This document shows positions 37,671-51,920 of a stretch of DNA of 60,446 nucleotides, piece by piece. Under the pieces are notes generated by a model. The model did not search any database and was not told where the DNA came from. It saw nothing but the letters and a program-made list of their open reading frames with translations. Every line of letters begins with the position of its first letter. Position 1 is the first letter of the stretch. Both the position numbers and the translations under genes were made by a program. The DNA comes from an uncultured virus (IMG/VR IMGVR_UViG_3300022921_000005) (lineage: Duplodnaviria > Heunggongvirae > Uroviricota > Caudoviricetes): IMG/VR virus record IMGVR_UViG_3300022921_000005. One strand, given 5' to 3'.

Positions 37671-40600
37671 CTAACTCGTTATCTTTCCTCTGATACCTTT
37701 AGAACTATCAAATTCAAGATAGACACCGTGTTGTCCATCTGAGATCGCGGCTTCTGTATATCCTACGATTAATAGTTTATCGCCTATTGCATTCACTGAA
37801 GTACCGAAATCGTTTGCGCCTGTTCCAATCTGGAATCGTTTCCAAGTTCCATCTGACGGATCAAGGATACCTAAGAATATATCAAGAAGACCAGTCGTGA
37901 CTGCATTGTCTGCGAAGAAACCAGCAGTTTGACCTACGATTGCAATTCGACCATCTGGTAGAAGCGCACTATGATTACCGTTCTGAGAAACGAATTCAGT
38001 TGATTCAGAACCAGTCTGATATGCTGTTCCCCATACATCTGTTACATAGTTAAATTCAACTACACCGATATCTTGTCCGCCTTGGTTCGTAAATCCAGAG
38101 AATGCACCAGATGTAGTGAATGCTACTGCAAGTTTATTATTTCCTATATCATGAACACCAATACCGACATCATTAAAACCTGTACCAGTCTGATAGTAAT
38201 CTGTCGTGTGTGTTGTCATATCATGAATAGCAAGGAAGATATCATAACCACCTAGATTCGTATGTGTAGGATCTCCAAGATCACCTGTTGATCTTCCTAC
38301 AAATGCAATTTGACCATCTGCAAGTTCTGTGAGTGCATATACTTCTTCGTCTGAAGTTGATCCATTTTGAAAGTACATAAACATTCCAGTCGTTGGATTA
38401 ATATGAAGTAATAAGTAATCATATACGCCAGATGCTCCAGTATGCAATCTTCCTATATCTCCAGAAGTCACGCCGACAGGAACAATCATACCGCCGCTGT
38501 GTTCAATGATATCGTAGCCAAATACGTTTCCATCGTCAGCACTTCCATCACCAACTGTTGCTACTTGATAGAAAGTAAAGATTTCGTTGGTGAAGGCGTA
38601 ATCAACACCAGATGCCAACTGTTGCTTGTATTCATCGGAGTTTATATACATCTGAACATCATCTAGGTCAATTGATGCGGCCCAAAATTGGAATGTCCCG
38701 TTAGGACCAAATGAGCCATCGTATTCCTCAATTGTTGTGAAGATTTCAGAGGTTGCTGTTGTGCTTGTAGCAGTCAGACTACCAGTAGAGTCAGCAGGCG
38801 CACTGATAGATGATATAGTTGCTGAATTTAGAGATTCAGTTAGTGTGCTTGCTTCATACCACATTGCGGCACCTGGGTTACCGTTGATATGATAGTTGCC
38901 TGTGCCAAACTCTTGCTTCCATGATCTGAATAACATGCCATCAGAAGAACCGTACGAGTGACTGCTCTTGAATCCAACCGATACAATATTATCTTGTGTA
39001 GCATCATCAACTACACCATAAAGCATTTCTCTGCCCATGAATGAAATTGTATTCTGCCATTGCAGTGCGCCAGTCGAATCATATTGTACAATCAGGCCAT
39101 TCTCAGCGCCCATCATTCCTCTGCCATCAGCAGTCGTTTCACCGACAACATGAATTCTTCGATTTGTTCCAGTGACCATATTCCAGTTTGGATTCGCATA
39201 GTTTTCACAAACAACTGCATGAAGTTTACAGGTGTCTAATGTTCTAGCCCAAGATTGTCCTACGTTATATACGAAAGAACCTAACGTCTCGTCTACTTGA
39301 ACACTTAAAACGAAACCATCAGTCTCCTCTTCGCCGACAATCACATAATCAGCACCGTTACCTGATCCATCTGGATCATTTAAAAGACCAATATCATTCG
39401 CAGAACCGTTTGCGGATGCAGAGAAACCACCCAACCATTGAATCATTCTATTTGATGTACTGCCGATTTCTCCCATGCCATAACGAATCTTATTTGCTCC
39501 GTTGTCGCCTGCAAACAAGAATCTACCTTTTGTATCACCAGATACATCAGGTCGTAGTCTATTTACATTTAAATTTGCGCTAACATTGACTTCGTTGACA
39601 CTACCATCGAGATCAATTGAGGTGAATAGTGTTGATGTGCCGCTCTTAATTGAAAGCACAACATATTCAGTATCACCGTCTAGAGTAACAACACATCCAG
39701 TTGCATCTTCTGAATTTGATGTGCCGTATGCATTACCCCATGTTAATGTGCCATCGGGAGCAAACTTCAATAGTATAGCATCTGTGCTTCCTTGGCCAAT
39801 GTTTACTGTCGAACCACAGACGTAGATATTATCATTACTGTCAATTGCAATTTGATTTGCAATATCACTACCAGTTGATCCGCTATCAAATTTTCTTTGC
39901 CATACTTCTTCGAACTTATCATCGAATTTGTAAACAATGAAGAAACCTGTGTCATGTATACCGATAGCGTAGTAATTATTATTAGAATCGCGAACAACGT
40001 CTTTTAAATAAATTCCGTTCGAACCATCACGACAGTTTCTCAAGAAACCATGTACTTTAATATCTCTTTTTGTGACCAGTTCTGATTTTGTATAGCCAGA
40101 CAGCCATATTTTACCGTCAGATGCTTGAGTGATACCTGTCACATAGTCTTGACCTAGACCACCATATACAAAATGTTGTCTTCTTTCTGGATTATCAGCA
40201 TCTAAGAAAGTAATGAATATGTTTTCAGCGGCAGTGTTAGCAATAGGAAGATCCTCTACTGTGCCAACTAAACACTTTCTGCCGTCTTGTAGAATTGTCG
40301 AGTCATAGTAATATTCCTCGCCGCCAATCGTAAGTTCTTCAACACGCATAAACTGAGGACTACCGACATCATATTCTAGAATTCTTTTATCAGTTGCGAT
40401 GCCAGCAGGTTCTGTTGTGTTATATCGAGTAAGTACTCCATTATCAATATCATATTCAATGTAACCAGCAGTTAATTCGCCTTTTAATTGAAATGTATGA
40501 TTTGTCGAATCATAATCAAGATGTTCATAACCACCAAACGCATCATCGAGTTTGAAAGAATAAACACCAGCGCCTTCATATGTCGGACTTGCGCCTGCAG

Positions 40601-41861
40601 AAGTTCCACTCAGAAGAGTATAAAATTTTGTTGAACCTGAGTCGTATCTAAATCCGTGTACACGAACTTTATTTGATGTTGAGTTTGAAAAAACTGTGCC
40701 TTGGTCTGTCCATGTAGTACCATCATATACTTCACCGCTCACACCGCCTCTTGTAGAGTCTGAGTATAAGAAATAAATTTTTGAACCTACTGTTACTGCT
40801 TGACAGTCAGGAAAAACAGATAGACCAGATGCAATTGTTTCTGTTACAATATCACCTGGATCTGGTGGATCAGCACTTGGAAATTCCCATATCTGAAGAT
40901 CGTAGAGAGAAGAATTACTTTCATTCTTTACTACGACAGGAAAATAGAATTTAAATCCTAGTACATCGCCGCAACTCGCTCGAACAGGCCAGTTCTGTTG
41001 ATCACCCGAAGTATCATTGAAAACAAATACTGGATCGGCGAGATTATATGTTCCTATCGTTGATTGCGATGTAAAAGAAAGCGATGCATCACTATATGTT
41101 CTTGCGTACACATCCCAAAGAGAAGTGTTTGATGCGTTCTGTGCTAAGTAAAATGCATGATACTTATCAGATGTTCCTCTGATAATACCACCTGTCATAT
41201 AGTTTCTTGCGCCGACAGACGGAAGTGTAACATCATTGTGTGAGTTGTGCGCGCCACCAATCGATGGTGTATGAATTCTTGCTAATCTGCTTTGATATGC
41301 TGTACCAGCAGAAGAAACACGAGTACTAATCTGATAACCGTAAGATTTGTCTTCTGGATCAATGTATCCACCGCCAGACGTAGTTTCTCTGCCTTGCTCA
41401 TATCGTGTATAAAATGAAGGCAAGTGTTTGTGATATTGATAGTACTGCCAATCAGTGTCGCCTTGTTGTAGAAAAACTCTGTCCCAATAGAATGCATCAT
41501 CGTCAGCCGCATTTGCTCCTAAGTGCGCGAAGATGATCGCATCATCTTCAACCGCATTCGTAATGTCGTTTACACCTTCACCTACGTGTTCAATCGCTGA
41601 AGAATGATAATAGACATTCGCGCCATCGACTTCTTCATAGATCAGAGGTATTGTTCCATCAATTGTTAAGTAGGTGTTGACCTGCGGAATCGGTGTGTCC
41701 CATTTTAAAAATCTTACTCCACCGCCAGTCGTATCATTGCTTGCATTCACTGGGACATAAACGAACCAGTTGCCATCTCTATCAATATTGTTATTAATAG
41801 GCAGTGGCAAATACTCTGAAGTATTCGCAGTGTATTCATAAGTCTGATTAGCAATAGCCAT
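37671..41861 (-). CDS. Large beta-propeller-repeat virion protein
   Basis: Repeats of the type IAIDSNDNIYVCGST...G..DAILLKF..DG.L.W and GGYDIFL (SBBP-like blades). Confidence 0.7.
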   Translation of the reverse strand: MAIANQTYEYTANTSEYLPLPINNNIDRDGNWFVYVPVNASNDTTGGGVRFLKWDTPIPQVNTYLTIDGTIPLIYEEVDGANVYYHSSAIEHVGEGVNDITNAVEDDAIIFAHLGANAADDDAFYWDRVFLQQGDTDWQYYQYHKHLPSFYTRYEQGRETTSGGGYIDPEDKSYGYQISTRVSSAGTAYQSRLARIHTPSIGGAHNSHNDVTLPSVGARNYMTGGIIRGTSDKYHAFYLAQNASNTSLWDVYARTYSDASLSFTSQSTIGTYNLADPVFVFNDTSGDQQNWPVRASCGDVLGFKFYFPVVVKNESNSSLYDLQIWEFPSADPPDPGDIVTETIASGLSVFPDCQAVTVGSKIYFLYSDSTRGGVSGEVYDGTTWTDQGTVFSNSTSNKVRVHGFRYDSGSTKFYTLLSGTSAGASPTYEGAGVYSFKLDDAFGGYEHLDYDSTNHTFQLKGELTAGYIEYDIDNGVLTRYNTTEPAGIATDKRILEYDVGSPQFMRVEELTIGGEEYYYDSTILQDGRKCLVGTVEDLPIANTAAENIFITFLDADNPERRQHFVYGGLGQDYVTGITQASDGKIWLSGYTKSELVTKRDIKVHGFLRNCRDGSNGIYLKDVVRDSNNNYYAIGIHDTGFFIVYKFDDKFEEVWQRKFDSGSTGSDIANQIAIDSNDNIYVCGSTVNIGQGSTDAILLKFAPDGTLTWGNAYGTSNSEDATGCVVTLDGDTEYVVLSIKSGTSTLFTSIDLDGSVNEVNVSANLNVNRLRPDVSGDTKGRFLFAGDNGANKIRYGMGEIGSTSNRMIQWLGGFSASANGSANDIGLLNDPDGSGNGADYVIVGEEETDGFVLSVQVDETLGSFVYNVGQSWARTLDTCKLHAVVCENYANPNWNMVTGTNRRIHVVGETTADGRGMMGAENGLIVQYDSTGALQWQNTISFMGREMLYGVVDDATQDNIVSVGFKSSHSYGSSDGMLFRSWKQEFGTGNYHINGNPGAAMWYEASTLTESLNSATISSISAPADSTGSLTATSTTATSEIFTTIEEYDGSFGPNGTFQFWAASIDLDDVQMYINSDEYKQQLASGVDYAFTNEIFTFYQVATVGDGSADDGNVFGYDIIEHSGGMIVPVGVTSGDIGRLHTGASGVYDYLLLHINPTTGMFMYFQNGSTSDEEVYALTELADGQIAFVGRSTGDLGDPTHTNLGGYDIFLAIHDMTTHTTDYYQTGTGFNDVGIGVHDIGNNKLAVAFTTSGAFSGFTNQGGQDIGVVEFNYVTDVWGTAYQTGSESTEFVSQNGNHSALLPDGRIAIVGQTAGFFADNAVTTGLLDIFLGILDPSDGTWKRFQIGTGANDFGTSVNAIGDKLLIVGYTEAAISDGQHGVYLEFDSSKGIRGKITS

Positions 41862-41864
41862 TAA

Positions 41865-42233
41865 TTAGGTTCCTGAGATAGGTATACTAGGTCTGAAAAT
41901 CAAATCAGTTGTATTAAGAGCAAAGCCTATAAACAGTGATCTAACTGTTGCTGAGGGCGTAGGCGGCGATGCTGTAATTGTACCATCTGAATCTAAGAAA
42001 TAAGGAGAGCCAGCAGACAGGCTACTAAGACCTTCAATCAATCCAGCACTATAGTATATATCGCCTATTTTAAATAATACCGTATTTAATTGTATGGCGG
42101 TATCACCAGATGATGCATCAGTAACAGTATTTGTTCCATTCATACGAACAATTTTACCATTTGTGCCACCCGTCAATCCTGATACAGTCAGAGCAACATC
42201 AGTGATAACATTTGTTGATTTTACAAAGGACAT
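41865..42233 (-). CDS. Hypothetical virion protein
   Basis: GL..L.AGSPYFL..DG.IT...P....IG.AL..T.L pattern common in phage structural proteins. Confidence 0.6.
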   Translation of the reverse strand: MSFVKSTNVITDVALTVSGLTGGTNGKIVRMNGTNTVTDASSGDTAIQLNTVLFKIGDIYYSAGLIEGLSSLSAGSPYFLDSDGTITASPPTPSATVRSLFIGFALNTTDLIFRPSIPISGT

Positions 42234-42236
42234 TTA

Positions 42237-43190
42237 TTAAACTCCTAAACGTGTTATTTCTATATATGCTGTATTAGCAAGCGATCCTGTAGAATCGCTA
42301 TTGTCAACATAAATTTCTAAGTAATCATCTGTTGTTAGATTATAAATCTCATCGAGTAACAATGTAGCAGATGGTCCAATTGTTGTCTGTTCTAAATTTG
42401 CAGATGCATTTTTCTGTAGAGAAATTGAATAACTATCATTGGATCCAGCATCACTTGTTGTCAGAGATGCTTTTACTCTATAATAGCCATCAACTTTAAC
42501 TGTAATTCTAGTGTCATTTACAGCAGTCCAATATAATGTTCCTAGAACGTCTGCGTTTTGATCATAGACAGTACCGTCATAAGAAATTGCTGTCGGCGTA
42601 GTTGTTAAATTGAAAGAATTCGTAATGTATGTTCTCGCACCAGAGAAAGCACTCCATGATGATATTCCAGTTCCTAAATTCTGTCCTACCTGTGTAATTT
42701 CTAAGAAACTAATTTCAGAGTCTATAGCACCTGCGGATGTCGATTCACTTGCGAATACTTCAACATAATCGCCTACAGCTAATTGCACAATGTCGTCAAA
42801 TACAATGAACTGATTACTTGCAATTGTATCAGATGAAATTACAATATTATTTCTTCTAATTGAAATTGTATATGAAGCACCTGTACCCGCCGTCGTTGTG
42901 AGTACTTGAACATTTAGACGATAGAAACCATTTTCTGTGATTGTGAATTTAGTTGGTTGACTGGGTGCCCAAAGTGTAGCAGTATCAAAGTTTGCCGATG
43001 ACCAAGGTATCGCTGTTGATGTCGATCCGAGACTATAGTCCGAAGATAATACAACTTTTGCACCTTTAAATGCTCGCTTTGTAGACCGCGTGATCACATC
43101 CCACTTCTCGCCGTCCCATTGCCAAACAGCCGCATTGTCGTCTGTGTATGTATCATTCACTGCTGGTGATGAGGGAAAATCTAATGCCAT
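42237..43190 (-). CDS. Fibre-associated protein with tandem C1q/TNF-like domains
   Basis: MALDFPSSP N-terminal module; two copies of FT..ENG.Y / ITV..DGYY...L..GDYVEVF / L...DYLEIY. Confidence 0.65.
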   Translation of the reverse strand: MALDFPSSPAVNDTYTDDNAAVWQWDGEKWDVITRSTKRAFKGAKVVLSSDYSLGSTSTAIPWSSANFDTATLWAPSQPTKFTITENGFYRLNVQVLTTTAGTGASYTISIRRNNIVISSDTIASNQFIVFDDIVQLAVGDYVEVFASESTSAGAIDSEISFLEITQVGQNLGTGISSWSAFSGARTYITNSFNLTTTPTAISYDGTVYDQNADVLGTLYWTAVNDTRITVKVDGYYRVKASLTTSDAGSNDSYSISLQKNASANLEQTTIGPSATLLLDEIYNLTTDDYLEIYVDNSDSTGSLANTAYIEITRLGV

Positions 43191-43200
43191 TGTTTATGTC

Positions 43201-43986
43201 CTATGTTGTAATCGCTATACGCTTCTTAAATGTAGGCGAAACTATTGTACTTCCATTGCCGTTTAAACTAGTTCCTTGCATTATTACTGCATCTGATCTT
43301 CTGGCTCGTCTACTATTATTTCCATTGTTTGTAACTTCCCATGCTAGAGCAAAAAATAAAAATCCACTAATTGGACCTGTTACTGAGTACGCATCATAAT
43401 TACCATCAAGTATTACATCTGTTGTTGGAGAAAATGTAATTGTACTTGATTGTTCTGTAATGTCGTTCAAACTGGTAATAGTTGTGCCAGCTACCCATCC
43501 TGTTCCATCTGTTGTATCAGAAATTTGTGTAACTCTCAGATTAGTACCAGTACTCGAAAATATGGCTTTATACATTTTCGCAATGACTCTTCCTGTTGCA
43601 CCGTTATCCCAATCTCTACGTTCAGCCTTTACTGAGACTGCTAATTGCCAAGATCCAGTTCCAAAATTTGCATTATAAGGTGTCTCTAAAATTATTCCGC
43701 CATGGTTTGCTTGAACTGCATTACTTCCTATGGTATTTCTTCTAAAATCATTAGGTAAATTGGTGTCCAATTCGAGAAAATCGTTCTGATCGATGCTAGG
43801 TAATGTAGTAGAAAAATTGTTTTCATTATTGACACCTGAACGCATCAAGCAATAGTTACCAGTTCCTAGATCGCCTACTTCCCATCCCGTAGATGTATAT
43901 TGCGCAGTGCCAGGCGGTGTTAGACTAGCAACCAGGCCACGATTATCCAGAATCGAATCTTGTATATACCATGTCAATTGTGCCAT
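43201..43986 (-). CDS. Hypothetical (probable virion) protein
   Basis: Beta-rich ORF in fibre island. Confidence 0.6.
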   Translation of the reverse strand: MAQLTWYIQDSILDNRGLVASLTPPGTAQYTSTGWEVGDLGTGNYCLMRSGVNNENNFSTTLPSIDQNDFLELDTNLPNDFRRNTIGSNAVQANHGGIILETPYNANFGTGSWQLAVSVKAERRDWDNGATGRVIAKMYKAIFSSTGTNLRVTQISDTTDGTGWVAGTTITSLNDITEQSSTITFSPTTDVILDGNYDAYSVTGPISGFLFFALAWEVTNNGNNSRRARRSDAVIMQGTSLNGNGSTIVSPTFKKRIAITT

Positions 43987-43995
43987 AATAAATCC

Positions 43996-47640
<3,645 letters not shown>

Positions 47641-47685
47641 GTATTCTCTCTATATAGAGGTCAAAAGATTATGTAATCTTTTTAT

Positions 47686-48327
47686 TTATCTAAATCGTGG
47701 CCCAACGGCCCACCAAACGAGAGATTTTCTTTTTCCAGATGTTACAGGCAAAACTCTATGTACAGTCCAGCTTGGAAAGATTAGAAGTGATCCACGCTTT
47801 TGTTCGCACTTCTGCTTAACACCGCTGTTCATAACTTCAAAGTCACCACCCTCATATTCATCAGGCTCAGAAAATACAAGTGAAAAACTTAATTTTCTGT
47901 GCATAAAAGTATCTACATTATCATAGATTGGCTCAGGAAATTTATCACAGTGCCAACTGTAATGATCGCCATCACCATCACCATACTCTGTCCATTGAAT
48001 ATGTTTAAATCCAGTCAAATCAAATCTAAAATATGCATCATTAATAGAAGATGTAAGGTCTAAGAGATTTTGAAATACATCTGCCATTTCAGTGTTTTCA
48101 TGATTATAATCAAAAAATTTAAGTTTGCACTGCCTGATTTCAGAGTCTTGAATACCGCCAGACTCAGTACCTTCACTGCTAGGATTATAATCTTCGCTAT
48201 TGGTACAAAAATTTTCTAAGTAGTCTAACAGTCCTGCTTCTAAACTATAATCTAACTGTAAAAAATCAGGACAGTTGAGTAGTGCAACATCTGGGAAGGG
48301 TGTCAGTTGTGACATAATATACTCCAA
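47686..48327 (-). CDS. 2OG-Fe(II) oxygenase (prolyl/lysyl-hydroxylase-like)
   Basis: YSWHCD, RKLSFS, EYEGGDF, IFPSW..HRV.PVTSG.RKSLV.W..GP. Confidence 0.92.
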   Translation of the reverse strand: MEYIMSQLTPFPDVALLNCPDFLQLDYSLEAGLLDYLENFCTNSEDYNPSSEGTESGGIQDSEIRQCKLKFFDYNHENTEMADVFQNLLDLTSSINDAYFRFDLTGFKHIQWTEYGDGDGDHYSWHCDKFPEPIYDNVDTFMHRKLSFSLVFSEPDEYEGGDFEVMNSGVKQKCEQKRGSLLIFPSWTVHRVLPVTSGKRKSLVWWAVGPRFR

Positions 48328-48336
48328 TAATATAAT

Positions 48337-49278
48337 TTATTTTTTCAGTAAATCAATTTCCTGTTTTAATTCCTTAATAGCGGCAATCAAAAGAGAAACT
48401 ATTCTATCATATTTAACAGACTTATAATCTTCATCAAATGCTGATTCTACTACAAGATCAGGCATTACTTTTTCTATTTCTTGTGCAATCACACCATGCT
48501 CATGAATATTCTTAGGAGAGAATCCAACTTCTTTGCATTTGTCAATGTCCCAATCAAACTCATAACCATTGATGTGTTCCATTTTCTCTAATGCGTTCGG
48601 TATTACTCTCAAGTTTGTTTTTAAATTTCTGTCAGAAGAATATGCAGTGACATCACCTGTTGCAACAATGTCACCATTGATTCGAACGTCACCGCCAACG
48701 TCTAGTTTATAGTCGTTTATTTCATCAAGAACTCTATTGACGGTTACTTTGCCAGCAGATACATCGGCGTATAGCACTGGCGTGTTATTGGAACCAGTGA
48801 GATTTTTGACGTTGATATCGCCGCCAGCAAAACTAAGATAGTTATTACTTCCTTGCCAGCGTATCGATAAATCTGGCACACTGATATTTCCGAATTGAAT
48901 AAACTGATCATCATCTACGTGAATTTTACCATCTACAACACGTAATCTGGCTGCCGAATCAATCGAAAGTGTTTTCGTTGCGCCCGATCCAAACGTAGTA
49001 TCAGCATCGCTTCGGAGAAACGAAGCAGAATCTATACCGTCTACTGTAGCCGCATTAACACTAGTCAGTGCAGAACCATCACCGCTAAACGCTGTCGCGA
49101 AGACAGTTCCATTAACATCTAATGCACCTTGAGTTGGATTTTTTTGAATACCAACTCTATTTGTGACAGTGTTTACAAAGAGAACATTTGTATCAATTGC
49201 TACATTGCCAGAAACATCTACGATGCCGTCTACGCTTAATCCATCTAGGACTTCAAATTGTTTTTTAGTCGCGGCCAT
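48337..49278 (-). CDS. Short tail fibre with S74 chaperone domain
   Basis: TNRVGI...P...LDV.G; SSDRNLK.N...I.NALEK...I.GY.FDW; GVIAQEIE.V.P.LV; V.YD.IV.LLI.AIKEL. Confidence 0.88.
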   Translation of the reverse strand: MAATKKQFEVLDGLSVDGIVDVSGNVAIDTNVLFVNTVTNRVGIQKNPTQGALDVNGTVFATAFSGDGSALTSVNAATVDGIDSASFLRSDADTTFGSGATKTLSIDSAARLRVVDGKIHVDDDQFIQFGNISVPDLSIRWQGSNNYLSFAGGDINVKNLTGSNNTPVLYADVSAGKVTVNRVLDEINDYKLDVGGDVRINGDIVATGDVTAYSSDRNLKTNLRVIPNALEKMEHINGYEFDWDIDKCKEVGFSPKNIHEHGVIAQEIEKVMPDLVVESAFDEDYKSVKYDRIVSLLIAAIKELKQEIDLLKK

Positions 49279-49293
49279 GTAATTCTCTTTTCT

Positions 49294-49698
49294 TTAAAGT
49301 TTGAAGATGCCCGATGCGTTCCAAGTAACGTCAATGTTACCACCAGAAGGCGTAATAGGAAGACCTGTGACACCCGTATCAATCCATGCTACGAGTCTTG
49401 AAGTCGTTGTTGTTCCAGTATCTTTCCAGATCATGAGTGCTTCTGATTGGTTGCCTGTTACAGACGTAAACGTGACATCATCGCCATCGAAAATTCCATC
49501 AGTTACAGTTGGATTTGCGATTGTTGATGTAGAAATAATTGAACCAGCAACTACGTTAGAGTAAAATTGATCAGTCGAGTCGTATGTGGAGACATCAGTA
49601 TCAATTAGAGATACTTTAATCGTGCCAGTCGTCAAATCAACATCAGAGTCACCAGTCAACAAAGCATCTTTGTAAGCTGGATATATTGCATTCGCCAT
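49294..49698 (-). CDS. Conserved small virion/tail-associated protein
   Basis: MANA.Y...K...L...DL....IK..L, FD.DDVTF, LP.TP.GG.I...WNASGIF. Confidence 0.65.
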   Translation of the reverse strand: MANAIYPAYKDALLTGDSDVDLTTGTIKVSLIDTDVSTYDSTDQFYSNVVAGSIISTSTIANPTVTDGIFDGDDVTFTSVTGNQSEALMIWKDTGTTTTSRLVAWIDTGVTGLPITPSGGNIDVTWNASGIFKL

Positions 49699-49704
49699 TT
49701 AGTA

Positions 49705-49947
49705 TTACTCCTCAGTTTCTACTGATTTGATTGTTGTTTTCTTTGCTTTAGTTGAATTGGAAGAGATAGTAGCATTCAATCTATCTATCTCTTCCTTCAG
49801 TGTGGCATTTTCTTGTGCCCTCGCTTCAAGTGCTTCATTCAACAACAAATTGTGTGTCTCAAGTTGAAGCATATCGCTCATCATATTATTGTATTTATTT
49901 TTCAATACACTAACATACTTATTAAAAAACTCTACGTTATCAGACAT
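49705..49947 (-). CDS. Small coiled-coil protein
   Basis: Heptad pattern; GAGG RBS. Confidence 0.6.
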   Translation of the reverse strand: MSDNVEFFNKYVSVLKNKYNNMMSDMLQLETHNLLLNEALEARAQENATLKEEIDRLNATISSNSTKAKKTTIKSVETEE

Positions 49948-49981
49948 AATATATCCTCATTTTATAAACTGTTTAATCTAT

Positions 49982-51637
49982 TTAGAACGTTCCACCATCA
50001 AGTGAGCCGAAAGTGGGTACACCAGAAGCGTCTGCTTGAAGTACGTGACCTTCAGCGCCTTGGGCTGTTACGCTAAGTGCAGATGCACCGTTACCGTAGA
50101 TGACGCCGTTGTCAGTGAAAGAGCTTGCGCCAGTACCACCATCTGCTACTGCAAGATCAGTGATGCCTGTGATCGAACCACCTGTAATGCTTACACTGTC
50201 ATCTTCGAGGTGAGCAACAAGAGTCGCAACTGCATAGCCTGTACCACCAGTGTTAACTGTAGTTGTAGGCTGTGATTGCAAGTCTCTGAACATTCTGAAC
50301 TTGCCATCAGAAGAATCTCTGAAGAAACCAGCGTAAAGGTCTTGTGAACCACTACTATCATACAATCCATAGAAGCCGATGTCAACCGCGTCAGTCGTGT
50401 CATTGCCGTCTGCCAGTTTGATCAGTGGATCGTCAACTGTTAACGTTGTTGAGTTAACTGTAGTGGTAGTACCAGAAACTACGAGGTTACCAGAAACTGT
50501 CAAGTTCTGACCGATTGTTACATCATTAGGCAGACCGATTGTAACTGCACCCGTTGATACATCAACTTCAACTTCGTTTGCAGTACCAGTGATGCTTGCA
50601 ACATAGTTGCTATCAGTGTGTGTGCCAAGTGTGATTTCAGCGAACAAGCCAGAAGAGTTTGCAACAAGACCGTCTTGAGCATTAACACTTACACCAGGAG
50701 TAGCGCCTTCACCTGTATTATTTACAACTGAAATACCATTGCCAGGAGACAATGCTTCAACATAATCACCTGAAGTATCCGTACCAAGTGCGATGTCATC
50801 AGAAATCTGAGAAGCAGTGATCGAAAGATTACTTTCGTTAACTGCAATACCACCAGCACCGACTGCTATTGTGTTGTTAGCCGCTAGTACAGACAGACTA
50901 GGAGTACCGCCTTCTGTTGCAGTCAGACCAGTACCAGTCAAGCCGTTGCCAGCAGATACAGACGTTACATAGTTACCTGAAGTGTCAGTACCAAGTGCAA
51001 TGTCATCAGAAATCTGTGATGCAGTGATTGACAGTGTGCTATCATCGATGAACAAACCAGAAGAGTTTGCAACAAGCGAAGAATCACCAGAAACTTCTAC
51101 GTGAACGCCAGTAGAATTTGAAGTGACACCATTGCCAGCAGTAACATCCAGAGTGATTGATTCTGATCCAGCAGTTGAAACGGCTGTCTTTGAAAGACCG
51201 TTACCATCTGTAAGATCGGCATCTACCCAGTTACTACCATTGAAGTACAAGAAATCGCCAGCGGCAGCGCCAGTCGTATCAGTGTCTTCAAGTCCCGCAA
51301 GAGAACCAGCGACTGAATCGCCCCAATATGCGTTAGCGGCAGCACCGCCAGAATAAAGAACTTGACCAGCAGAACCAGTTGCGCCGTTCGCCGTCAATTG
51401 CTCTTCGAGCGTGATATCAGTCGCGATAATGTTATTAATTTTTGAATTGCTATCTACAACAATAGCCTGATTCGCGGTTAGAGTGCCAGGAGTACGTGCG
51501 CCACCAACAGCAGTTACACTGCCGAAATTACCAATAAAGAGTACGTCACCATTTCCTGAAAACGCTAATTCGCCATCAGACAGACTTGCTGGTACCGCAG
51601 TATTACTCGACCGTTTGATTTGCATTAAGTTTGCCAT
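49982..51637 (-). CDS. Tail fibre-like protein
   Basis: QIKRS...P..L.DGELAF N-terminus; repeated IALGTDTSG.YV; GNL.VSGTTTTVNSTT..VDDP.I.L; C-terminal DGGTF. Confidence 0.8.
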   Translation of the reverse strand: MANLMQIKRSSNTAVPASLSDGELAFSGNGDVLFIGNFGSVTAVGGARTPGTLTANQAIVVDSNSKINNIIATDITLEEQLTANGATGSAGQVLYSGGAAANAYWGDSVAGSLAGLEDTDTTGAAAGDFLYFNGSNWVDADLTDGNGLSKTAVSTAGSESITLDVTAGNGVTSNSTGVHVEVSGDSSLVANSSGLFIDDSTLSITASQISDDIALGTDTSGNYVTSVSAGNGLTGTGLTATEGGTPSLSVLAANNTIAVGAGGIAVNESNLSITASQISDDIALGTDTSGDYVEALSPGNGISVVNNTGEGATPGVSVNAQDGLVANSSGLFAEITLGTHTDSNYVASITGTANEVEVDVSTGAVTIGLPNDVTIGQNLTVSGNLVVSGTTTTVNSTTLTVDDPLIKLADGNDTTDAVDIGFYGLYDSSGSQDLYAGFFRDSSDGKFRMFRDLQSQPTTTVNTGGTGYAVATLVAHLEDDSVSITGGSITGITDLAVADGGTGASSFTDNGVIYGNGASALSVTAQGAEGHVLQADASGVPTFGSLDGGTF

Positions 51638-51675
51638 GTTTGAATTGCTCCGTTATGAATTTTTTATTATATTGT

Positions 51676-51683
51676 TATTTATA
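51676..51683 (-). promoter_or_regulatory. T4-type late promoter
   Basis: TATAAATA on minus strand upstream of the 551-aa fibre. Confidence 0.75.
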
Positions 51684-51686
51684 AAT

Positions 51687-51920
51687 TTAGAAAGATCCAC
51701 CATCTAAATTTTGCGCCTTAATTTCATAACGACCGTTGTCTGAATCATATACGAGAGATGAGCCATCTGTTTTTAATACTTCGGCCACATCAGTCAAATC
51801 AGACAACCTACTAATAGATGCGCCTCCTGTCACTTTCTCATTTCTGAGAGTAACAGGCGCTCTTGTCGAGAGTCTACCAGCATTTTGATTTAATTTTACT
51901 GTGTAATTTGTTAGTGACAT
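51687..51920 (-). CDS. Small virion protein
   Basis: LSDLTDV...DGS.LVYD...LDGGSF pattern. Confidence 0.65.
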   Translation of the reverse strand: MSLTNYTVKLNQNAGRLSTRAPVTLRNEKVTGGASISRLSDLTDVAEVLKTDGSSLVYDSDNGRYEIKAQNLDGGSF

